DNA of 64,000 bases, from IMG/VR virus record IMGVR_UViG_3300037455_000372, positions 203,710-267,709 of that record, one strand, 5' to 3'. Positions 36,428 to 44,400 of the stretch are shown in pieces (the first letter of the stretch is position 1; each line of letters opens with the position of its first letter). A program made the position numbers and the translations under genes. The notes below the pieces were generated by a model. That model worked only from the letters and a program-made list of their open reading frames with translations, was not told the origin of the DNA and made no database searches. Origin of the DNA: a virus. Its lineage: Duplodnaviria > Heunggongvirae > Uroviricota > Caudoviricetes.

Positions 36428-37015
36428 CTACTTGGCTATGCCGAGGTCACGCTGCGCTCTGGAGATGCATCCTTCGATTGCTACCTTCCAGTGGTTCGAT
36501 GTAAAGGAGCCACCGACCTCGATCGGCTTGTCCGCTATCTTCTTGCGGCTCTTGGATATGCCCAGCTTGAATCCCATATTCTCGCCGTAGTTGAACGTGA
36601 GCATAAGGCTATCTGTCTTGAAGATGGACATATACTTGGAATCGCAGTCGCGGACGAAACCGAGCTTGGTGAGCATCTGGTTGAGTTCCTTGCGGTACTG
36701 CAGCGAGCGGTCGTTTTCCTTCTCTACCTCGGTTTCCTTTGCCGTGATGAAGTTGTCGATCTGGCTGCAGACGATTTCCGGCTTCATATCCTTGATTACG
36801 ATGGAGTCCTTGCGGTTACCGGCGTAGTTGTAGAACGCGACGCGGACTGTATGGTGGCCGTTGGACTCGGTTATGGACACTCCGACGGTTCCTTCAAGTT
36901 TCACCTTCGCGTCCTTGAAACGAAGCGTGAAGCTCTGATTCTCGTGGATAAGGACGCTCCAGTTCTTGGAAAGTTCGTCGAAAATCTGCTGCTTGTATGG
37001 GTCTAGGGGGTACAT
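36428..37015 (-). CDS. Hypothetical protein
   Basis: 195-aa ORF coupled to the upstream gene. Confidence 0.7.
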   Translation of the reverse strand: MYPLDPYKQQIFDELSKNWSVLIHENQSFTLRFKDAKVKLEGTVGVSITESNGHHTVRVAFYNYAGNRKDSIVIKDMKPEIVCSQIDNFITAKETEVEKENDRSLQYRKELNQMLTKLGFVRDCDSKYMSIFKTDSLMLTFNYGENMGFKLGISKSRKKIADKPIEVGGSFTSNHWKVAIEGCISRAQRDLGIAK

Positions 37016-37536
37016 TAGCCTAACCTCTCTTTGTCGGTTGCCTTGTTAATGTCGAAATCAATCATTATCTGGCCGCGAATCAGCTCGATGGACTTGCGGA
37101 AAGCTTCCATCCGGTTCTCCGGTAGATACTTGGCAATTTCGGCAAGTTTCTCGCATTCGGCGGAAATAATTTCGTACTGCTTGGGAGCTATGCTGGAACG
37201 CGTAAAATACAGCTTGTGAGCGTTCATAAGCGAGCGCATAAGGTCTTGCGAACTTCCGAGCTGAATCATAGATTCGGCTGGGCTATCGCAGATGGTTATG
37301 TATATACGTTCTACGGTAGCGTTGTCTTCCTTTGCGGAATACGTGCCACGGAAGGTACCGTAAATCTCGCCAGCGGCGAACTCACCGACAAAGGATGCTA
37401 TAGTCGTACTGAGAACCTTTTTGGTCTCTTCTACGGCCTGTACAGCCACTTCCGCATCGGTTTCGAACACGAAGCACATCGCGTCGGTAAGTTGTCTTGC
37501 GAACTCGTCCTTGAAGTTATTGGTACTGAAAATCAT
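37015..37536 (-). CDS. Hypothetical protein
   Basis: 173-aa ORF. Confidence 0.7.
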   Translation of the reverse strand: MIFSTNNFKDEFARQLTDAMCFVFETDAEVAVQAVEETKKVLSTTIASFVGEFAAGEIYGTFRGTYSAKEDNATVERIYITICDSPAESMIQLGSSQDLMRSLMNAHKLYFTRSSIAPKQYEIISAECEKLAEIAKYLPENRMEAFRKSIELIRGQIMIDFDINKATDKERLG

Positions 37537-37662
37537 CGTTCTGGGGCTTAATTTGGATTCTAAATATTAAATTATTACATTCTTGGTTATTAAGAACTAG
37601 TTTACTGTTCAACAGGCGTCTTCTAGCCTGGTGAACCGTATAACCATTTTCGAGGATTTTAA

Positions 37663-38217
37663 ATGAGATCACGAGAAGAAATTAAAGGTTTTCTGAAGGA
37701 TATCCAGCGCAAGGACGTTGGTATGGTTGAACGAGCTAAACTTTTTGCGGAATTTGCCCACGCCGGACAGCTTGACAAGGGTGGACAGGCATACATCTAC
37801 CACCCCACTAGGGTTGGCGAGATGACCGCCGAGAAGTATGGCGATGACTATCTCACGGCGGCTGCCTATATGCACGACGTTGTTGAGGATGGCGGATTCG
37901 CGGTGACCGACTTGTCCGTATTTTTCCCGGTGGCCGTGTGGAAGACCGTCGAACTGCTTACTAGGGGTAAGTCTGAAGCTCGCGAAGTCTACATCGACAA
38001 CATCGCCAAGAACTTGCTCGCGACGAAGGTCAAGCTTATGGACTTGCGCGACAATATGAACTTGTCTAGGCTCACATATGTCACCGAGAAGGATTCCTTA
38101 CGACAGTCTCGCTATATTGACGAGTTCCGAAAGCTGGAAGCTGTCTTGAAGAAGTTCGGCGAGGAATTGACTCCTGAAGAGATGGAGTCCGAAACCTATG
38201 CTGAGTTGTATATGTAG
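37663..38217 (+). CDS. RelA/SpoT-type HD hydrolase (small alarmone hydrolase/Mesh1-like)
   Basis: AHAGQ.DKGG..YI.HP..V, AAYMHDVVED and VKLMD..DN. Confidence 0.85.
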   Translation: MRSREEIKGFLKDIQRKDVGMVERAKLFAEFAHAGQLDKGGQAYIYHPTRVGEMTAEKYGDDYLTAAAYMHDVVEDGGFAVTDLSVFFPVAVWKTVELLTRGKSEAREVYIDNIAKNLLATKVKLMDLRDNMNLSRLTYVTEKDSLRQSRYIDEFRKLEAVLKKFGEELTPEEMESETYAELYM

Positions 38218-38224
38218 GTAGGAT

Positions 38225-38527
38225 ATGAAGTTTGTCAAAGTAAGCGATACCCAGTACCTAAACCTTTCCCACATTAACTACATCCGCTACGACCCCGATG
38301 ACGGCGACAGCGTGGTTCACTTCGGCGACGATAATTTGCTCCACTTGGACACGGACGAGACCAAGAAACTGCTGAAGGTAGTCGAAGAATTTTCGGCGGT
38401 CAGTCTTGAAGAGGTGTACCATAGGCTAGGGTTTCCGTGGCCGCCCCAGTTCCAGATCAAGGAAGAAGACAAGATCGCCATTAACAATGTGGTGCGGTTA
38501 GAAAAAACGCAAGAATCTGGAGAATAA
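38225..38527 (+). CDS. Hypothetical protein
   Basis: 100-aa ORF with an AGGA RBS. Confidence 0.7.
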   Translation: MKFVKVSDTQYLNLSHINYIRYDPDDGDSVVHFGDDNLLHLDTDETKKLLKVVEEFSAVSLEEVYHRLGFPWPPQFQIKEEDKIAINNVVRLEKTQESGE

Positions 38528-38530
38528 AAG

Positions 38531-38557
38531 AAAACCTCGCTGCGAAGCGAGGTTTTT
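38531..38557. terminator. Bidirectional terminator
   Basis: AAAACCTCGCT-gcga-AGCGAGGTTTT. Confidence 0.85.
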
Positions 38558-38573
38558 GTTAAGTGTTTGATTT

Positions 38574-39302
38574 TTAGACGGCCCAGTCGACCGCCGCCAA
38601 GACGCGATTGAACTTTCCGAACGCGTTGTCACGGCTGCCCCACTTGGTCATATTTCCGCAAAGGCCGGTATGGTAGGGATATACCATACGGTAATCGCAT
38701 TCCAGAGGCTCGTCGTGGAGCTTGAGGATGGACAAACCTTCGTGGCAAGCCAGAAGGTCGTGCATAAGCTTGGACGGCCTCACTCCGTACTCGTCGACAA
38801 TCATTCCCTTGAGGCTACGCCAGATGCCGTTGGCGGCGTTGCGCTCGTTGTGGCAGACGTTCTTGCCGATAAGGACGATTCGGTCGATGTTGCTGCTTTC
38901 GAGGACGCTGACGGTAGCGTTCACGTCGCAGTTGAAGTTGAAGGTACGGATTTCGCTCTTTCCGGCGAACTTGGGCAATACCTTGCGGATAGGCACGATG
39001 TTCGCGCCGACGAATCCGCCGTTCATCACGAGATTAGAAATCTTGTGGGTCTTGACGAAATCGGCGACGATGGTCAGCGCACCGCCGTTGAAAATGGTGT
39101 CGGTATCTTCCGGGATTGTGTCTCGGACTTCGATACCAAGGTTCTTGAGCATTTCTACTCTGTGGAGGCCGACTTCCGAAGTCGGCTTGGGATCGAGCAC
39201 TACGCATCCAAGGACTCCCTTGTCGCGCAAGTAGCGTGCTGCAATCAGGTCATCGACATCTTGGTCGATGTCAGCAATGTATGTTATCTTTTTCATAGTC
39301 AT
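38574..39302 (-). CDS. Nucleoside hydrolase (IU-NH) family protein
   Basis: DIDQDVDD aspartate cluster, GALT, MNGG, FNFNCD and MHDL. Confidence 0.8.
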   Translation of the reverse strand: MTMKKITYIADIDQDVDDLIAARYLRDKGVLGCVVLDPKPTSEVGLHRVEMLKNLGIEVRDTIPEDTDTIFNGGALTIVADFVKTHKISNLVMNGGFVGANIVPIRKVLPKFAGKSEIRTFNFNCDVNATVSVLESSNIDRIVLIGKNVCHNERNAANGIWRSLKGMIVDEYGVRPSKLMHDLLACHEGLSILKLHDEPLECDYRMVYPYHTGLCGNMTKWGSRDNAFGKFNRVLAAVDWAV

Positions 39303-39308
39303 GCTATG

Positions 39309-39337
39309 AATATAACAAATGTTGCACGACTTGTCAA
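39309..39337 (-). promoter_or_regulatory. Sigma70-type promoter, probably giving a leaderless transcript
   Basis: TTGACA-N17-TATATT-N6-ATG on the minus strand. Confidence 0.75.
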
Positions 39338-39371
39338 TAGAAAAGCCGCAATTTTCTTGCGGCTTGTTGAA

Positions 39372-40061
39372 TTAGGTTGCGTTTACGTCATCGGCTGCTG
39401 GCTGTTCTGGCTGGTCTTGCGGTTGCTGTTCGGCACCGCCGTCGCCTCCGGTAGGCTTGGGAGCCTCTTGCTTTTCGGCTGCCTTGGCTTGTTCTGCTGA
39501 CGCCTTCTTGGCTTGGTCGACCGCCTTCTGACTACACGAGTTGGTAAGGATCAGAATTGCTCTTGTAATGTCAGCCGCCGTGTAGTTGTCGGAACACTTG
39601 GATGCGAAATTCTCGACCGCCTTCGTGATGTACGGGACCAGTTTCTCCACTTTCATCTTCTGCTGCGGATTGGTAATACCGAGGTCGTGCAGAGCGGTGC
39701 GTGCGACAAGTCGGAGGTTTCCGGCGGCCTTGAAATCGTTGGCGAGCTTCTGGGCGGTAGGAGCCACGCCGTTGTCCGCCTTTTGGTCGGTGTTTACGGC
39801 TTCGGCTGACGATTCTGGGTCGGCATCGGTAGCGGGGTCTTGCTGCGGCTGCTCTTCGGCTGGCTGTTCGGTGGGCTGTTCCTCTGTCTGCGGCTCGGCG
39901 TTTTCCTCAGCCGGTGCTTCGGGAGCTGGCTCTTCGGTCGGTGCTTCTTGGCCATCGGTAGCCTCTTCCGGACCGGGTGCTTGGCCATCTTCACCCTCGA
40001 AAATGAAGCATCCGCCGTTACGGAAAGCCTCTATAAAGTCGTCGTTAATGCTGTATGCCAT
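39372..40061 (-). CDS. Acidic low-complexity protein
   Basis: Start reassigned to ATG 40061, downstream of TATAAACT at 40088-40095. Confidence 0.75.
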   Translation of the reverse strand: MAYSINDDFIEAFRNGGCFIFEGEDGQAPGPEEATDGQEAPTEEPAPEAPAEENAEPQTEEQPTEQPAEEQPQQDPATDADPESSAEAVNTDQKADNGVAPTAQKLANDFKAAGNLRLVARTALHDLGITNPQQKMKVEKLVPYITKAVENFASKCSDNYTAADITRAILILTNSCSQKAVDQAKKASAEQAKAAEKQEAPKPTGGDGGAEQQPQDQPEQPAADDVNAT

Positions 40062-40099
40062 AAGAAACTCTTTTTCTTGTCTCTTGCAGTTTATACGGT

Positions 40100-40260
40100 G
40101 GGTTACGTCCAACCGTGTGAACTACGCACCGCCTAAAGGCGGTGAGCTTCGCGTTGCGTATCGATGTTTCCCGCGCCTTTAACCGCAGTCCCTGCGGCGA
40201 TTAAACTTTTACCTTCGGTAAGGATGTTGATAGCGGCATTGACATCACGGTCGTGTGACG
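40100..40260 (-). ncRNA. Predicted TnpB omega/reRNA (scaffold plus flank-derived guide ACGGTTGGACGTAACC)
   Basis: Inferred from the established TnpB architecture: scaffold overlaps the tnpB 3' end and right end. The 5' boundary is approximate. Confidence 0.55.
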
Positions 40261-41432
40261 TGCCGCACTGCGGACACGTCCACGACCTTACGTTCAAGTC
40301 CTTTGTCAACATATTCTTGAACCCACAGCAGTGACATAGCTGAGATGATGGGAACCATCGTCCGACCCGGACTATGGTTCTGCCATACCATTCAGCCTTG
40401 TACTGTAGTTTGTTCAGGAACATCCTCCAAGCTGTGTCGTGTTCGGACTTCGCGTGGTCGCCTTCTGCGACCTCGCGCACGTCCAAGTCCTCGACCACCA
40501 CCGTTTGGTTCTCGCGGAGTAGTCGTGTAGACAGCTTGTCAAGGAAATCCTTCCTTCGGTTAGCAACTTTTTCGTGTTCACGAGCGATGCGCAAGCGCAA
40601 TGCCTCGTGTCTCTTTGAACCATTCTGCTTCTTGGCGAAAGCTCGCTGAAGGCCAGCGATACGAGTTTCTGATTTCTTGAGGAAACGAGGATTCGCGACG
40701 GCTTCGCCGTCGCTGGTAACGCAGAATTCTTTAAGTCCTAAGTCGATTCCTATTTCGAATTCGGTTGTAGGTAATGCCTTCGGCACAGCTTCTTCGACTA
40801 GGATTGACGCATAGTATTTCCCGGCGCGTGACCGTGACACCGTTACGTGCTTGATGTTTCTTACAGACCAGTCGATGTCCTCGTAGTTGCGGAAGGAAAC
40901 GAAGCCTACCTTCGGTAGGCGGAGTTTCCTCCCTTCTACACGGATATTATCCTTCGTTCGATAACTTGTATACGAATCCTTGTCTTTATGTTTCGACTTA
41001 AACTGCGGAAATCCGACACCGTCGGCCTTCCGCTCGAAGAAGTTCTTAAACGCCGTATTCAACGTAAGCACTTCGGCTGTCAATGCGTTCGAGTCGACTT
41101 CCTTCAAGAAAGGAAACTCGGCGTAGAAATCTGTCGGCTTAGACCGGCACTTCGTGCCGGTCGCCTCGTACGATTTCTTGCGTGCTTCCAACATACAGTT
41201 GTATACCTTACGGCAGCAGCCGAAAGTCTTGCAAAGCAAGACTTCTTGCTGCTTGTTAGGATACAGTCTGACGTTGTAGGCACGTTGAAACATAGTTCAA
41301 TAGTTCTAATTTTTATATAGTTTATATGACTAGTTAAATTATTTTTGTCAAGTTCCGCACATATCATCTGCCACCCTAAAGGGTACCCCAGCACCTAGCG
41401 GTGCTGGGTGGCAGTTTTCTCGGCGCGTTCGT
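40117..41432 (-). mobile_element. IS200/IS605-family tnpB-only element (IS1341-like, non-autonomous)
   Basis: Right-end hairpin CACCGCCTTTAGGCGGTG followed by TAGTTCAC; left-end hairpin 41368-41414; TTTAT abuts the left end; no tnpA or target duplication; the empty site rebuilds an inverted repeat. Confidence 0.85.
40133..41293 (-). CDS. tnpB: RNA-guided endonuclease TnpB
   Basis: HTH RLYPN..FGCCRKVYN; RuvC residues in GIDLG, VVEDL and DRDVNAAIN all present; Zn finger CHCC..CPQC. Confidence 0.95.
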   Translation of the reverse strand: MFQRAYNVRLYPNKQQEVLLCKTFGCCRKVYNCMLEARKKSYEATGTKCRSKPTDFYAEFPFLKEVDSNALTAEVLTLNTAFKNFFERKADGVGFPQFKSKHKDKDSYTSYRTKDNIRVEGRKLRLPKVGFVSFRNYEDIDWSVRNIKHVTVSRSRAGKYYASILVEEAVPKALPTTEFEIGIDLGLKEFCVTSDGEAVANPRFLKKSETRIAGLQRAFAKKQNGSKRHEALRLRIAREHEKVANRRKDFLDKLSTRLLRENQTVVVEDLDVREVAEGDHAKSEHDTAWRMFLNKLQYKAEWYGRTIVRVGRWFPSSQLCHCCGFKNMLTKDLNVRSWTCPQCGTSHDRDVNAAINILTEGKSLIAAGTAVKGAGNIDTQREAHRL

Positions 41433-41467
41433 ATAAACTGATGGAAAAGCCGTTTGATGGATGTAGT

Positions 41468-44400
41468 ATGGAAATTAAGACGCACGTATTGACCAATCCG
41501 CAGAATCTCAGTGAGGAACGGAAACTCCAAGCTCGCAAAAACATTGACTTGGGGAATGTTGAGAATACATCCGATATGGACAAACCGGTATCGACCGCAC
41601 AACAGGCCGCCATTGACGCGCTTGGTACTACGGTCGATGGTAAGCTGGCTGGAAAGGTCGACAAGGAGGCTGGAAAGGGTCTCTCGACCAACGATTTCGA
41701 CGATACGTACAAATCACACGTCGATGAAAGTTACGAAATGCGTCATTCGCATAGCAACCAGAGTGAGCTTGACCAGCTCACCGGAGACGCCATTGCCAGT
41801 GCCGAAACGACTGACGAAGGCAAGACTCTGGTGCTCCATCCTATCGAAGGTGAAGCCGTTACCTTTAGCGGCGAACAGAACGCTATCAACACCATTTCGC
41901 AGAATGGCGTAACTCTTCCGATTGACAATAAAAATGTCGAAATTACGGAAACCATCCAGTCTATTTCCAAGAATGGAACTCCGTTGGTTCCTGACGCGAA
42001 CCACAACGTGGACATTACGATTGAAAGCCCGGTGACTCCGTATGAGGAAACTCCGGCGATGAACGGTACTGGTAGTGCTGGTTCTTCGGCTCTGTACTCT
42101 CGCGGCGACCACGTTCACCCTTCCGACACCACGAAGGCTGACAAGGACAGTGATGCGATAGCAGACCATTTGGCTAAGTTCGACAGCAACGGAAATCCGG
42201 TCGATTCTGGTATTGCGGTTTCTGAGTTGAGCAAACTTCACGAACACGAAAACAAGTCTATTCTCGACAATACGACGGCGTCGTACACGGTCGAGGATAA
42301 GGACAAGCTTGATAATATTGCCGAAGGTGCGACCAAGGTCGAGGAATCCGCAACCAATGGCAATGTCATAATCGATGGTACTGAAACTACGGTTTACACT
42401 CATCCAACTACGGAGGCTACCGCTGCAGCCGCAGTTAAGGTCGGTAACAATTCCGAAGGACACGTAGTCCTTGGTGATCCGTTGACCAAGGGTGACGTTG
42501 GTCTCGGAAATGTCGATAACACGAGCGATGCCGATAAGCCGATTTCTACAGCTACGCAAGCGGCGTTGGACAATAAGGTTGATAAAGAAGAAGGCAAGGG
42601 TCTTTCTACTAACGACTTTACCAACGATTATAAGACGAAACTTGATGGAATCGAAGCCGGAGCACAAGTCAACGTAATCGAGCATATTAAGGTCAACAAT
42701 ATCGAACAGACGCCTAGCGAAAAGACGGTCAACCTTGATTTGACTGGTTATAAGACCGTTCAAGAAGCCGTCGGCGACCCGTCCGCTGAAGGAACTGGTA
42801 CCGACTTTATTTCTTCGCTTACCCAGAGTTCGAATGGTAATATCACGGCTTCCAAGAAGACGGTTCAAGATGGTACGACCGCACAAAAGGGTATTGTACA
42901 GCTTGAAGATTCTGTGATCAGTGATTCTACGGACAAGGCGGCTACTCCGCATAGTGTCAAGCAAGCTTACACGCTTGCTGATGGTAAGCAAGACCCGATT
43001 ACGTTTGACGGAACCTATAACGCATCGACTAATAAGGCAGCGACTGTTTCGACGGTTACAAATGCTATCAATGATTTGGATTCTGAGGTAACTTCGTCCA
43101 ATGGAAAGAATGTCCAAGTTAAGGTAACCGAAACGAACGGTAAAATTACCGAAGTAAGCGTAACTACGGATAATACGCTTAACGAAAGCGATATTCTTAG
43201 TAAGGCAAATAAAGTAAATCCAGCTGTTGCTGGTAATTTTGCTGGGTTGTCGGCTGACGGTGATTTAACCGATTCCGGTAAGAAGGCGGCTGATTTTGCG
43301 ACGGCTGCACAAGGTGCTACGGCTGACACTGCTGTTCAAGGAATTTTATTGAACGGTGTAGAGCTTGACAAGGGTGTAGACGATAAAAAGGTAAACCTTG
43401 GTAACTTGAAGATTAAACAGAATGCCGTGTCTGACCCGACTACGTCTGGAAATACTAGCGATTTCCAATTTATTAGCGGTATCACACAAAATGAAAATGG
43501 CGAAATGTCTGCCACTAAGCATACCATTCCAGTTGCCGTCGCGACAGATGCTCAAGGCCAGACTGATGGCCTTATGTCGAAAGACGATAAGAAGAAGCTG
43601 AATGGTATTGCTGAAGGTGCCGAAGTAAACAAGATTGAGAAGGTTAAAATCGCCGGGTCTGAGTTGACTATCGACTCGGCTGACCGTTCTGTCAACATTC
43701 CAGATGCTGCTACCAATGTTAAAGGTGTGGTTAAGCTAACCAGCGATATTGATAGCGAAGATAACAATTCTGCCATTACTCCTACTGCTGTTAGAAATGC
43801 GTTAAAGAGTCGAGCTGTATTCTGGTCGGAATCCGACTGGGAAGACCACGCGCCAAATCCGGGTGACCCGTCTAAGGTCAACTATGTCTATGATTCAGAC
43901 AATCCGGGTGAGGACAAGTACAATGTCTATGTGTGGGACGTTAATGCCAACAGTTACAAGAAGATTGACGAATCGACAATTTCTTTAGACGGCTATTGGC
44001 ATAACGGACCGACTGAAACCGGAGTCGCTGGTGGTAATGTAGTTACGGATTTGACGCTTGGTAACGATGGTGTTCCGGTTGTGACTAAGGGAACTCTTGG
44101 TGACGGTACGTTGACGGTTACGGTTGGTTCGGCAAATGCGCAGACATTCTCGGCTAACCAGACATCTAATGTGTCAGTTACTGTTCCTCTTGCACAATCG
44201 GCTTCCGAAAACCCAGATACACACGAACTGATTCCAGCATCGGAAGGTCTTATCTCGGCTTCCGATAAGTCGAAACTCGATAGTATGACCGCTGGTGCTC
44301 AGCCGAATGTAATCGAAAGTGTCGGTATGGAAGGCGAATCCAGCAATCTGCCGATTGTTGACAAACACGTTGAAATTCCGTTGGCTACCTCTGCAACTAC

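Noticed and set aside
40090-40110. TnpB self-target at the other arm of the inverted repeat (TTTAT-ACGGTGGG...)
   Set aside because: Only the first 5 nt after the TAM match the predicted guide before a mismatch, which is probably too little for cleavage.
41408-41467. ORF-track start of the long fibre gene at 41408
   Set aside because: It lies inside the IS left end, upstream of the promoter. ATG 41468 aligns with the N-terminus of the paralog at 47006.
41348-41712. tnpA for the IS element among ORFs 41348..41602 and 41395..41712
   Set aside because: Neither has the HUH and Tyr motifs; both are mostly antisense to the fibre gene.
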